Source of the DNA: Octopus vulgaris
Taxonomy: Eukaryota
Direction of reading: 5' to 3'
Length of the DNA stretch: 64,000 nt
Assembly (NCBI GenBank): GCA_951406725.2
Contig: OX597824.1
Coordinates: 96,720,001 to 96,784,000, forward strand
Position 1 is the stretch's first letter, and each line of letters starts with the position of its first letter. Positions 1 to 14,989 of the stretch are shown here, piece after piece. Both the position numbers and the translations under genes were made by a program. The notes beneath the pieces were generated by a model that searched no databases, had not been told where the DNA came from, and saw only the letters and a program-made list of their open reading frames with translations.

Positions 1-156
1 TGATGTTGATATTCCAATGAAGGAGCCTTGGATCTAGGTTAGAAACCGGTTCTTTCTCTATTGGTGAAACCCTGAAATAAAACTAAATAATGACATACAT
101 ACATACCACATACATATATATACGTACATACACATACATACAAAGTGTATATATAT

Positions 157-241
<85 letters not shown>

Positions 242-1556
242 TAAGGAAAAATTTTTTTAAAAATGCAGAATGCTCAAATGAAAGAACCCCACTATTTATT
301 GAACTATATATATATATATATATTTAAATATATATATATACATACATAACATACATATATATATATATATACATGCATACATATATATACATATATACAC
401 ATACACACATACGTACATGTGTATATACATACATACACACAGAAACACACGTATGTATATATGTATGTATAGGAATGTAAGCCTGATTGTCACATCACCC
501 GATTCAACAGGTAGATTTTAAGAAATGAATCAAATTTTTCGCTTTTCAACATAATCATTGTATTGTGTGTGTCTTTACGCAACAATGGAGCAAACAGGAA
601 TTAGATGCTCGACTCATTGTATAAGAAAACAGCGGCAAGTTTCGTATTAATTCACCATTGATGTCCTCCTGTAACTTCATTTTCTTCTTCTTCTTCTTCC
701 TTATTCCCCCCGTAATTTCAGACAACATTTTTGTAGCTGTTTAACTGACCTCCACATCACTGTACACCACTGTTTTTGTCTCTTTGTTGCGCATGGATTG
801 CCCCAAGGGGTTATTTTCATTGGAATGTTTAACCAACTCTTTCCCCTTAGTTCGCTTTCTTTCTCACCCCTTACTTTGTCTTATTCATTTGTATATATTT
901 AAAGGTGCGTATGTATTCATTCATTACCAATAATATAAGTTTGGTTGTATTCTGTCAAGGCCAATCCTATCGCCGAAAGCCATTGAATGCAAATCTTTTT
1001 GTTTGTTTGCTCTGCAATCAAATCTCAGAGGAAGCTTGGAGCTGGCTGACATTTGCTTTTATTTCATTTCATTTTTTTATCATTATTTAACAATGGACTC
1101 TACTCTTGGCCCCCTCTCTCACGCCCCACCACACGCCATTTCCTATTGGATTACAGTAGCTCGGGGCTGTCTCAGTCTATTTTATTAATCAAATATTTGC
1201 AAGACATCGCTTAGTTCTACATGTCGAAGCTGTATTATTTCACGTGTGACGTAACACAAAATGTCTACCGCAACTACATCAGAAGCCGTCAATTTATCTA
1301 ACCTCGCTGAACTGTGTTACAAGCTATCGCTCTGGTTAATTTTACTAAACTACATTGTAACAATACAAGTTCATAACCACACCTATTAAGGCTCGTTCGA
1401 AAATTAGACCCAGGTGGGCCGTTGCAGCGGCTTCGCTTGTGAATTGAACCAACTCGGTTTTAATGTTAAGACACGCTTACTTCCCTTTCCAAACTGACGA
1501 TGATAGAAGTTCAAAGCTGCTCACTAAAGTGTAAAGATATATTTCAGTGTTAACTG

Positions 1557-1738
1557 GCACACACAAACACACACACACACAAAACACACACACACATACC
1601 CAAACGCATACACTAAACACACACACAAACACTCACACAAACACAAACACACACACAAACACAAACACACACACACACACACAAACACACATACAAACAC
1701 AGACACAGACACACAAACACACACAAACATAAACACAT

Positions 1739-1771
<33 letters not shown>

Positions 1772-1955
1772 CAAACACACTCACACAGAAACACACACAC
1801 AAACACACACACACAAACACACACACACAAACACACACACACAAACACACACGCACAAACACAAACACACACACATACACTAAACACACACAAACACACA
1901 CACACAAACACACACACACACAAACATACACACATACACTAAACACACACAAACG

Positions 1956-1987
<32 letters not shown>
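1557..1987. repeat. Degenerate (CA)n/(CAAA) microsatellite tract
   Basis: Direct reading; source of the poly-CV and poly-HT ORFs. Confidence 0.95.
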
Positions 1988-2674
1988 ACGGACAGATGCT
2001 GATTTATAACGTAATCTTCACTGTTCTATTGAAATCTCATCGGAGATTGTCTCATCCGTTGAGTCTTCGATTTCCAGATAATATTTAGCAATCAATATTT
2101 AACGAAGACGAGAGAAATTTCGAGACGAGTTTCTCCGCATCTATTCAAGTTTCATCTTGTGATCAAATATAACATCTAATGTGGTTAAGATAAGACTTAA
2201 TCTCTACATGATTATCCTAATCTATAACGATCAAGGAGTTTTAAGTTGTCACCGTATTCGTTCGTTATTTGATACTGCTAAATAAAACTCTTATATCTGG
2301 CTGAATACGGCTCCTTGGGTGTTGGAACAACGATGGTATTCTGTTGTCAAAACAAGATATTTGAAGAACTTTAATCCGTGGATTATGATTGTAAGAAAGG
2401 ATTGAATCAGTATCGTTCACTGCTTAGAAGTACATACATACATACATACACACATACATACATACATACATACATACATACATACATACATACATACATA
2501 CATACACACATACATACATACATGCATACATACATACATACATACATACATACATACATACATGCATACATACATACATATTTGTCTGTGTGTCAGATTA
2601 TCCATAATTCTCTCTCTTTCTCCCTCTATTTCTCTCTATCTCTCTCTCTCTTTCGCCATCTCAATAACAATATT

Positions 2675-2875
2675 AGTGGTTTCAAATTTTAGCACAGGTC
2701 CAGCAATTTTGGTGTGGGGCTAGTTGATTATATCGACCCCAATGTTTAACTGGTATATATTTTGTCGGCTCCAAAAGGATGAGAGGCAATGTCGACCATG
2801 GTGAAATTTGAAGCCAGAACGTAAAATCGGAAGAAATGCGACTAAACATTTTTGCCCGGCGCGGTAATTATCCTG
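2675..2875 (-). mobile_element. Diverged SINE family B copy
   Basis: Reverse-complement match to the family B body (tcgacccc...aactggta...aaggatgagaggcaatgtcgacc...aatttgaagccagaacgt) seen many times in the window. Confidence 0.75.
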
Positions 2876-2898
2876 CCGGCACGCCGCACGCACGCGCA

Positions 2899-3238
2899 GA
2901 AGACAAAGAGCCGGAAAAGATGGCAAAATACAAGCAACTAAGAGACAAAATTGCTCGTAGGGTAATGAAGAGAGTAACTATTATCCCAGCAGTTGTCAGG
3001 GCAGAGGGAGAGCTAATAATGAAGTTTGAGAAATATGTTGGAGAAACTGGAATTGACATGAGGGTAGAATGTGTCTGACAAACTGCTGTATTGGGGGACA
3101 GCAAGGATTTTGCGATTGGTACTCGGGTGGAAAGACACCTCGTGGAAGGAGACCTTGTGAGAACTTTGACAACAGATTGCTGTTCGTTCTTATAGAACCG
3201 GAGCAAGTAAATTCGAGAGCTCTAAACAGTAAAATGAA
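2899..3238 (+). mobile_element. R4/Dong-type non-LTR retrotransposon 3' fragment (restriction-like endonuclease C-terminus plus 3' UTR), decayed
   Basis: Translates EDKEPEKMAKYKQLRDKIARR..KRVTIIPAVV...CV*QTAVLG, frameshift, TARILRLVL; matches the KExEKxxKYxxL...VIPIVIGALG...QKxALLGTARILR pattern of R4/Dong ORFs. Confidence 0.8.
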
Positions 3239-3240
3239 TA

Positions 3241-3316
<76 letters not shown>
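3239..3316. repeat. (TTA)n microsatellite
   Basis: Direct reading. Confidence 0.98.
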
Positions 3317-3894
3317 GATTGAGAGAGCAGTGCATGCCATCAAAGTGATACTGGGGTATATATATATATATATATACGAAGCCCAGTATACCTAACATGA
3401 CTACCCGTCTGATATGGGTAAACCAGGTACATGCATCACAACCATATGTGCACGACATGGTGACCTTATATCAAGATAAACAGCGCATGACCTTGCAGGT
3501 GGAGCCCAGTTTGAATTTTCTTCATCGCGCTCAAAAGGTCCCTGAATAAGGGTTCTTTAAGGATGTTGAGCGAAACATCCATGTTTCCAAAGGTGAATTA
3601 TTCAAACCCCAAAGAATCCCTCTCAACACACGGCTATGATGCTCTCCCACTACTTCTGCTCGTGATCAGAGATGCACATATCGTCAGCCACTAATTGGTT
3701 AAGGTCAAACAATTGACAAGCAAATCTGTGGTATTGAGCAGAATATTTGCTGTAGCCCTTCTTTTATACCAAGACAAAACAATGTACAGGATAACACTTG
3801 CAATCAGTTAAGATCAGAAGCCATGAGAGCCACTGTCTGGTACTGCATTAGGGCATTATTAACATTATTATTGAGCGAGAGAGCAGCACATGCC
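3317..3894. mobile_element. Unclassified interspersed repeat embedded in (TTA)n, with start of a second tandem copy
   Basis: ttattattga..gagagagcag..catgcc occurs at ~3309-3338 and again at ~3865-3894; no recognisable ORF. Confidence 0.4.
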
Positions 3895-4034
3895 TTCTTC
3901 TTCTTCTTCTTCTTCTTCTTCTTCTTCTTCTTCTTCTTCTTCTTCTTCTTCTTCTTCTTCTTCTTCTTCTTCTTCTTCTTCTTCTTCTTCTTCTTCTTCT
4001 TCTTCTTCTTCTTCTTCTTCTTCTTCTTCTTCTT
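3894..4034. repeat. (TTC)n microsatellite
   Basis: Direct reading. Confidence 0.98.
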
Positions 4035-4476
4035 TGTTACATCTACCTGTCTAAAAGAAGCAAGATTTCTCCATAGATTCCTGCTCGTCCAGGACCCACC
4101 TGAGGCTAAATAACAACAGCAATAGCAAAGCGGTATCAATTTGTATTCTGTGGGAAGCGAAATGTTTCTAGCTGGTTCCTATCTTTGAAGAGGAAATTAA
4201 AGATTTTTATTCCTACTTTATGATCATTTCTGAGCCTATATGTATCAACCACCGGCCATGACCACGACGACGACCACCACGACGACCACCACCACTCACA
4301 TGAAAATTATGGACATTATACCTGTGATAGAAACTATTTCTAATGGTTTTAGTATTAGCCTACCTGCTCTATCATAATTTACTACGTGTTCGAGTGTTAC
4401 GCTTTAAACAACCTTTACTTGGAACAAAAGCGGAGACATGAACAAAGTCTTCAACATAATGCAACACAGCGATGAA

Positions 4477-4670
<194 letters not shown>

Positions 4671-4704
4671 AAGTATAAAATGTATATGTACACGGATGTG
4701 TGTG

Positions 4705-4808
<104 letters not shown>

Positions 4809-5060
4809 TACATATATATACAAGTGATAATTATATAGCTACAGTAATATACAGAGAGTGATTGTTCGATGCAATTAATTTTCCTCGTTCAACCGGAGAC
4901 GAGTTTCATTGTCAGCGATTCGACTGTGTATGTTATTAGAAACACATAACAATGCGTTCGTATACACGCATACATAAATACATGCATACACACACACACA
5001 TAAACATACATACATATATACATGCAGTTAGTGTATAAATATATGAAATTATATACATGC

Positions 5061-5168
<108 letters not shown>

Positions 5169-5674
5169 CTCAGTGCAGTATTGACTGCCTTAAAAAGAAG
5201 TATTCAGTACCCTTGTAGAGGTCAATGATATTTTGTTTCGGTCGTGTCAACGTCTTGAAGGCACAGAGGAAAAGGGATTTGGCATTTCGTCTGATGATCA
5301 GCAACGTCCAATTCGAATAAACAAGATTATAAGATGACATCAGTGATTGGCAGAAAGAACACTCGTGCTTGGTATTGAGTACTGTTCAAACATTCTCCTT
5401 CCCAATTACGTGCACCGTCTACATACAAACATACACACTCACAGACACACACATGCACGCACATACACACACACGCTCTCTCTCTCTCTCACAATATAAA
5501 GTGTTGTCATATATACTTATATATGACATATTTATGTATTCGATACGATTTCAGATACACATCCTTTTCTACATCTATCTTACCTGTCAGTCTCTCTGTT
5601 TGTCTGTCTCTCTGTCTATCTATCCATCCATCCATCCATCCATCCATCCACCCACCCATCTATATCATCTATCA

Positions 5675-5740
<66 letters not shown>

Positions 5741-5785
5741 GTAACTAACTAACTAACTATGTATGTATGTATGTATGTATGTATG

Positions 5786-5836
<51 letters not shown>

Positions 5837-5847
5837 ATATATATATA

Positions 5848-6062
5848 CTCTTTTACTCTTTGCTCTTTTACTTTTTCAGTCATTTGACTGCGGCCATGCT
5901 GGAGCACCGCCTTTAGTCGAGCAAATCGACCCCGGGACTTATTCTTTGTAAGCCCTGTACTTATTCTATCGGTCTCTTTTGCCGAACCGCTAAGTGACGG
6001 GAACGTAAACACACCAGCATCAGTTGTCAAGCAATGCTAGAGGGACAAACACAGACAAACAA

Positions 6063-6107
<45 letters not shown>

Positions 6108-6265
6108 CGACAGGCTTCTTTCAGTTTCCGTCTACCAAATCCACTCACAAGGCATTGGTCGGCCCATGGCTATAGCAGAAGACACTTGCCCAAGATGCCA
6201 CACAGTGGGACTGAACCCGCAACCATGTGGTTGGTTAGCAAGCTACTTACCACACAGCCACTCCT
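5848..6265 (-). mobile_element. Near full-length SINE family A (tRNA-derived head, CORE-like CCTTGGGCAAGTGTCTT box, internal (TA)/(TG) tract, tail ..AGTAAAAGAG)
   Basis: High identity to the reverse complement of 59478-59883. Confidence 0.9.
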
Positions 6266-6270
6266 TTCTA

Positions 6271-6480
6271 AGGCGGCAAGCTGGCAGAATCGTTAGCACG
6301 CCGGGTGAAATGCTTAGCGGTATTTCATCAGCCGCTACGTTCTGAGTTCAAATTCTGCCGTGGTCGGCTTAGCCGTTCATACGTTCGGAGTTGATGAAAT
6401 AAGCACCAGTGAAATACTGATGTCGATGTAATCGACTGGTCCCCTCCCCACAAATTCGCCTCGTGCTTTCAATAGAAAGG
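6271..6480 (+). mobile_element. SINE family B (head GGCGGCRAGCTGGCAGAA, B-box-like GAGTTCAAATTC)
   Basis: Matches the other family B copies (58224, 61344). Confidence 0.85.
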
Positions 6481-6636
6481 ATTATATATATATATACCGG
6501 AGTAAACACATAAATGTGAAATAAGGTGGAAAAAAGAGTACTTAAATACCAGTGGTAGAGTAATATGAACGGCAACGGGAAACTCAGAGTAACAGAATTT
6601 TCTGCTGCTTTAAATAAAGTATATATATACATATAT

Positions 6637-6709
<73 letters not shown>

Positions 6710-6781
6710 CACATAAGCGTGTTTGTATGCATGCATGTATATATGTATGTATATACACAATCGATTCATATACACAGATTC

Positions 6782-6828
<47 letters not shown>

Positions 6829-7305
6829 GCCATTACACATGTGAGCGGATGGTATATATGTACATGTGTGTGGGGTGGTGGTGGTGTTGTTTGGTGGGGT
6901 GGGTGTGTATGAGTGTATACAATGCAGATCCGCAGCGCCATCGCTCACGACCATCGTGTACCACACCTGACCGCAAGCTGTGAGTTGTAATGGCTGTCTT
7001 GTTGAGACGGAGAAAATTTTGATTAGGTGAACAACACCAACAGGAAGAACAACAAAAGCAGGAACGCCACCGCCGCCACCACATCACTCCCCACCAACGA
7101 CAACACGACAAACAACAACAAAACCCCTTTTGTTCTGAAAAACCCTATTTTCTATTTCATTAATAGATATGCTGTTTATTTATTTTAATATTTCATTGTG
7201 GATTTGTTTTTATATTTTATTTTGTTTTATTTTATTTTAGTTATTTAAATAAATCGGAAATTGACAAATGTGTCAATGTTCATACCTGGAGAATGATATA
7301 CTTAC

Positions 7306-7731
<426 letters not shown>

Positions 7732-7969
7732 ATAAACGCACATACACACAATTACACGTACCTACCGAAACACACTTATATGTACGAATATCCTCCTTCT
7801 CTTCCTCCTCACCATCATCATAATCATCATCATCATCCTCGTAATCGCCGTCGTGGTTTTAACGACCACTTTCCCGTGTTTGCATGAGTTAGACGAGATA
7901 CGCTGAGGTAGAATTACTACGTTCGGATACTTGTTGAAAGTCATATCGAAAAATAATATATATAAAGAT

Positions 7970-8212
7970 ATTTCGTTTTTGGATTTGGTCTGCAAGATTC
8001 TTTATATGAGTTCGTGTGTTGAAGCATGTTCTGTTGTGACTGGGGAGAGTCATTCTTTTTTGGTGCCTTATAATGTAACATACTCACCGGTAAAATTTCC
8101 ACTCCTCTTTTATTTTTCTAAAATTGTCATTGTGTCTTGCAACCTTTTCAATAGTTTTGAGTCAAAACTATGAAAAGGTTGCAAGACACAACGAAAATTT
8201 TAGAAAAATAAA
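7970..8212. mobile_element. Repeat family D copy with terminal fold-back (8109-8212)
   Basis: Homologous to 39450-39744 and, inverted, to 47870-48020; inverted repeat centred near ttttgagtcaaaa. Confidence 0.8.
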
Positions 8213-8234
8213 CAATTCCACAGACTCGAATTTA

Positions 8235-8650
8235 ACTAGTTTCAAATATAGGCACAAAGCCGGCAACTTGAGGGCGGGTGGGGAGGTTAAATCGATTACA
8301 TCGACTCCAGTGTCCAACTGGTACATATTTGATTGACTTCGAAGGGCCGGAGGACAAAGTCGACCTCGGCAAAATTTTAAATTAGAACCTAAAGACGGAT
8401 GAAATACCGTTAAACATTTTGTCCGGTGTGCTAACGATTCGTTTCTACTCTAGGCACAATGCCCAAAATTTTGGGGAGGGGTTCAGTCGATTAGATCGAC
8501 CCCAGTGCGCAACTGATACTTAATTTATCAACCCCGAAAGGATGAAAGGCAAAGTCGACCTCAGCAGAATTTGAACTCAGAACGTAGCGACGGGCGAAAT
8601 ACCGCTAAGCATTTTGTCCGGCGTGTTAACGATTCTGCCAGCTCGCTACC
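8235..8650 (-). mobile_element. Two adjacent SINE family B copies
   Basis: Two reverse-complement bodies (aaagtcgacctc..aatttgaactcagaacgt), ~8235-8440 and ~8441-8650. Confidence 0.85.
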
Positions 8651-8933
8651 CGAAGACTCACGTATCGGATTGAAATAAAAGTTCTTGAGCTGCGACACGT
8701 ACTTTGACCTATTCTTTTATTCTTCTACTTGCTTCAGTCTTTTACCTGCGGCCATGCTAGAGCATGATGGCTGTCATGGGTTATATTGCACACCATGATA
8801 CATATGTATGCTACTGAAATTTGCCCGTCTCACTGTCTACTCCCATACATTTATACATACATATACAGATACATACATACATACATTGATGCTTACATAT
8901 ATGTATATATGTATGTCTGTAAATATATATATT

Positions 8934-8990
<57 letters not shown>

Positions 8991-9006
8991 TGTGTGTGTG
9001 TGTGAG

Positions 9007-9222
9007 TGAAGGCGCGTGGCTCAGTGGTTAGGGTGTCAGCACAATCGTAAGATTGTGGTTTCGATTCCTGGGCCGGGCGACGCGTTGTGTTCTTGAGCAA
9101 AACACTTCATTTCATGTTGCTCCAGTCCACTCAGCTGGCAAAAATGAGTAGCTGGGGAACACATACGCCATAGAAACCGGGAAACCGGGCCCATGAACCT
9201 GGCTAGGTTTTAAAAAGGGCAC

Positions 9223-9225
<3 letters not shown>
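9007..9225 (+). mobile_element. SINE family C (tRNA head plus CORE/V-like domain)
   Basis: A-box TGGCTCAGTGG, B-box-like GGTTTCGATTCC, then TGTGTTCTTGAGCAAAACACTT..GCTCCAGTCCACTCAGCTG; second copy at ~26036. Confidence 0.85.
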
Positions 9226-9277
<52 letters not shown>

Positions 9278-9279
9278 TC

Positions 9280-9485
9280 TATGTCGGTGTGTGTCCCCTT
9301 GTCACCCGCACCATCGCTTGACAATCGATGTTGGTGTGTTTACGTCCCCGTAACTTAGCACTTCGGAAAAAGAGACCGATAGAATAAATAATAGGCTTAC
9401 AAAGAATAAGTCCTTGGGTCGATTTGTTCGTTTAAAGGCAGTGCTCCAGCATGGCTGCAGTCAAATGACTGAAACAAATAATAGA
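9280..9485 (+). mobile_element. SINE family A 3' half
   Basis: Matches 59680-59883. Confidence 0.85.
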
Positions 9486-9531
9486 ATATAGACATACACA
9501 TATACATACATACACGCATACACACACACAC

Positions 9532-9567
<36 letters not shown>

Positions 9568-9916
9568 TTTATTTGTTCCACATCCTTGCGTTGTTGTCTT
9601 TTTGTTTTCTTGTTTGGATTAACTTTATATATATAATACATATATTTAATAGATATATATAATACATATATTTAATACATAACATAGATATATCGATGCA
9701 GATTCGTCCGGCGACGGCGGTGTCGGTGAATGTGTAGATTGAAATTTCACTCCCAAGACACTCAACCAGCTTTTTGGTACAAGACGGCAGCAGAGTTCTC
9801 AGATTCCAGGAGACGCAGCATGTGGCAGATTGACTCCGTTCGCAGACACACTCTCGTTTCAAGCTGACATTCATTTAGACAAGTAATCACGGCTGTTAAT
9901 TAACACACCAGGTGCT

Positions 9917-10058
<142 letters not shown>

Positions 10059-10338
10059 TATATGTATGTATACGCGACTGACTGCTGTCTTTGTTGCATT
10101 TGAGATGTGAGAATTGAAGGACGAATTATATACGGAGACAGAGGAATAAAAAGACAAATGAGAAAAAAAATAATCTATTGATAATCATGAAATGAATAAA
10201 ATGATAATGGAGAACAGGAGGAAGAGTCTTGTGTGTGTATGCGAATGAATTATAGAATGTGTGTGTACATGAATGTATGCATATGTGTATGCATATGTAT
10301 GTATTTTACATCCGCATATCAATATATGTGTACCAGTG

Positions 10339-10427
<89 letters not shown>

Positions 10428-10628
10428 GTCTGTCTGTCTGTCTATTTATTTGTATATATATATATATATTATATATATATGACCATATGTAAATGCATGT
10501 ATGCTCATATGTACACACATGCATAGACATGTATTATGTGATTCCACACCAACACATGCACACACGTGCGCACACGTATATGTATATACAGACATATATT
10601 TATATGCATCATCATACATTAAGTAAGG

Positions 10629-10705
<77 letters not shown>

Positions 10706-10786
10706 ATATATGTATATATGTATATGTACAGGGAGATAGATAGATAAATTGATGCATATATGTATACGACGTATGTATATATATAA

Positions 10787-10821
<35 letters not shown>

Positions 10822-11723
10822 TATGTGTCTACGTGTGTGTATTCATGCCGGCGCTATTACAAATTTAATACTTTTATTTCATTAACTTAAATTTTCTGCT
10901 ATGATTGTATAATTATGGTTTGTCTCACTTTCTGTACAAATATTGATATCTATCCATCTATCTCTCGGTCTCTGTCCGTCTGTCTATCTATCTATCACTA
11001 CATATGCGTTGGAGCCTGAGTATATGTGTGTATGTACACACATGTACACACACATACACACACGCACGTACACACACGTACGTACACACACGCACGTACA
11101 CACACATACAGACACAGGCGCGCCCGATATGCCAACCCATCCCCATACACATGCATTCACAATTATGGATATACAGGCAACAGGATTTCCCTCTAAGTTG
11201 CTATATTGAAGACATATATTTGGACAAATGTATCAAGGAGTATACAGGGAGTGGGTATGTATGTATGTATGTATGTATGTATGTATGTATGTATGTATGT
11301 ATGTACGCGCTGCGTGTATGTATGTATGTATGTACGCGCTGCGTGTGTGTATGTGTATGTATGTGTGCGTGTGTATATGGGTATGTGTATGCGTGTGTGT
11401 GTGCGTGTGTATATGGGTATGTGTATGCGTGTGTGTGTGTGTGTGTGTGTTTGTGTTTGTGTTTGTGCGTGTGTGGTATTGCTGTCCAGTGAGTGGTTTC
11501 ATCGCTAATTATTGGTTTAATCTTCTCCGTTAATTATATATTAATTGCATGTATATCAACTGGCGCCTGCGTTCTTCTTGCCACCTCTACCGTTACACAC
11601 ACACACACATATACACACATACACACATGCATATGTATATATATTTATATATTTTTCCACATTCATATATACATGTATTTATACACACAGAGAGAGATAT
11701 ATATGTATATATATATGTATATG

Positions 11724-11848
<125 letters not shown>

Positions 11849-12083
11849 GCACACAGCTATGATCAAATTTTGAAAGATAATACATTGTGCATGCGCACAC
11901 TTCAGCACATATGTATATATAAATATTATATACACATATATGCATTCATTATTTCCCCAGGTAATGTAGTGTTTTTAATAATTTGACTTTTCTCATACTT
12001 TCTGGTGCCCGGATATATATGCATGCACAATTCCATACGTCTATGCATTTGTATGCGACATATATATATACATATACATATAC

Positions 12084-12199
<116 letters not shown>

Positions 12200-12332
12200 C
12201 CGCAGGAGAGGCTGTGTGGTAAGAAGCTTGCTTCCTAACCACATGGTCCCGGGTTCGGTTCCACTGCGTGACACCGTGGACAAATGTTTTCTACTATAAC
12301 CTTGGGCCGACGAAAGCCTTGTGCGTGGATTT
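12200..12332 (+). mobile_element. SINE family A 5' half
   Basis: gcaggagaggctgtgtggtaagaagcttgc..ggttcggttccactgcg. Confidence 0.85.
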
Positions 12333-13069
12333 CAGTAAGGCTTTGAATGTGTCCTTGTATATATATATATATATAAGTGTATGTATATGTAATTGCATAT
12401 ATAACTTATATATACATGTACGTATACATACACAATAATAAAGATTTAAGTAGAAAGAACTGAACGAAGTTTTGTTACGAGTAACAAATTGATTGAGGAG
12501 TATTTGTCAGTATATATCCTGACAAAATATGAGGAGTATTTATCAGGATATAATCCTGATAAAATATCAACCTGTAGTCTACTAAACTAACTTTAGGAAG
12601 TAATAGAACAATGGGAAAGAATTAATCAGGGAGTTGGGATAGAGTTTTAGAGATGATAGCGCCAATGAAGTGTTGAAGGTGAAGTCGGCTCTGGGATAGT
12701 TCTATTTCTCGATGCTTGATACAAAGTTTGTTCTGTCAAACGAAATGTGATTGCTCTGGTATTCATAGAATTAAAGATTGCGCGCAAGGTTCGAGTGAAA
12801 GTGATGCGATATGAAAGCGATTAAATATTTTCAGTGAATGTTGATGTCCGATCATTAACTTTGGCTGGAGAGAAATATTGGCGGCCCCACCAGTCTCTCT
12901 CAACTTCCGGTTGTGAACATACAATGATTTGTGAAACTTAATGCTCAAGATGCTGGTAGTGTTGGTGAGACTGCGCGAGCAACGAGTGTCTCGCTTCAGA
13001 TGGTCTTTTATACGAGTTCTGTTGGTTAGTGTCAGACCACTTCGTGCTTAACATCAATCAGTTTTATCC

Positions 13070-13530
13070 TGATGAGAAACAGGTCGGGATTATTTCTTGT
13101 GGCGTGCGCCGAGCTGTGACGGTTTTGATCAGAAAAGGGTCTGGAAAGAAACGTACCTTAAAAAACCTCAGACTTATAGCTATACTCAATACATATTTCA
13201 GTTGCTTAGGTTTCGGCCAGTATTGGCCCAGACCATGGACTAACTTAATGGCACCGCCTGGAGAAGACATTTAATCGTGTTTCCTGTTACGGCCATACTT
13301 TGGGAACCATGACCCACTCGAGTCAAGAGTTAATTTTTACAGTGATATATCCGGGTGTAGATGGTTTATCTGGAATTTGTTGGAGGAATTTGCCCAGGAA
13401 TGTTATGGCTTTTGTGTCCTTCCTCTGTGTCTTGGCAAAACGTGAAAGAGAACGGTGCCAGTTGAGGTGAAATCGTCTATTTTTTGCAATTGATCTCGGG
13501 ACTCAAAGATTTCGACCACAAATCCTCGCA
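13070..13530 (+). mobile_element. Highly decayed L1/Tx1-clade reverse transcriptase fragment
   Basis: GIISCGVRRAVTVLIRKGSGKKRTLKNLRLIAILN resembles the GxIPxSxRRGVITLIPK..LKNWRPISLLN motif; ISGLK..KS-like motif near 13490-13525. Confidence 0.6.
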
Positions 13531-14489
13531 AATAGGCCGAAGCTTGATATTAGTGGCAGTGTTGGACTGTGAAGCATTAATCTACTTCCACATGGGGTCC
13601 ATGTAGCACACAACAATATCGCTCCATGTGGAACTCAGCAGATAAGACCGACTGTCGATGTGGCTTCAGTTAGGTGTCTTCATCAATCGAGGACATTCGA
13701 TATCTCACGTTCTGCTTAGGGTGGAGGGGGTCACTGGTCAGTGTTCAGAAACTGGCTTCAGTGGTTTGGTGACCATCCAAATCGATGGTCAGCCAAAATA
13801 GCCGTTCGTCTTAAACGTGTTCTGTCCAGCGAGGTTGTCCACTCCATGAACCAAAATAACATATCCTAACTTACCACTTACCATAGCATAGCGCTATAAA
13901 ACGTGATGGTCACGGCTGGAACGTCTTTGGTTATAGAACTAATCTACGTCTCAACAACAACACAGTACGGCACACACATTGCATAATATATAACAAAGCG
14001 AAAAACTTTGATTTTTTTTGGTGCAGATTTAGTTGTGTGTATGTGGGGTGGCTTGGTGCTGGGTAGGAGTTAGGGGAATAGCGTGGTGTGGGGGTGGAGT
14101 GGGGGTGAAGTATGAGGGTGTCGTGTTGATTTGGGTGCGGCTGTTTTCTGTAAGCGACGTTTGACTTGTGGTCAACCACTAAGGTGTGTCTCCTACTACA
14201 GACAGTGTCGACTTTCTATCAACTGGCAGCTGGTGCCATCATGTCCAGTACACTTCCTTCACACACACACACACACACACACACAAATATACACACTTTC
14301 ATACGTTGATTTTCTATTTCTCACAGACACATATTCATATATATGTGCGTGTGTATAATGTATATATATATATATGATATATCTATAATATAGATATATA
14401 TATCTGTGTGCATATATATATATCTGTGTGCATATATATATAGATACATATATACACACATATATACATATATATGTATATATATGTAC

Positions 14490-14522
<33 letters not shown>

Positions 14523-14989
14523 TGTATATATATATATATATGTATGTATATATATTACACACACGCGCACATACATACATACATATATATGTGTGTGTGT
14601 ATGTGTGTATATATACTATAAACATATTATGTAATGTACGTTAATATCATATAAACATGGCTGGAAGCAAGTCTTTAGCAGATACTTGTGAATCGAATTT
14701 CATAAGTGTAGATCCGTATGTATGTATGTATGTTCTGCATTTATGTATAAATGCATGTGTGCATGTATGAATGTATGTATATTCGTTCTTGGTCTTAGTT
14801 TTTTTTAGTTTCTCCCCAAAAGCAGAGAAGCCGGTTTCAAGCCCAGAAAGAAGATTTCATTGGAATTTAAACACAGTCAAACAAAGTAGCCTTGTGTGTT
14901 TATATCTAATTAACAGTGCATATATGCATGCGTAGATGCATGTACGCAAGTATGTATGTTCATATGCACGTGCGCATGCTCACACAACT

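Noticed and set aside
14-52. Hammerhead-shaped CCAATGA..AGCCT/AGGTT..GAAACCGG (related copy ~14825-14865, minus)
   Set aside because: Both copies read CCAATGA rather than CTGAnGA, so the catalytic core is not supported.
9690-9915. Unique island with ~45 open codons
   Set aside because: No recognisable domain or convincing splice sites; may be regulatory but no standout motif.
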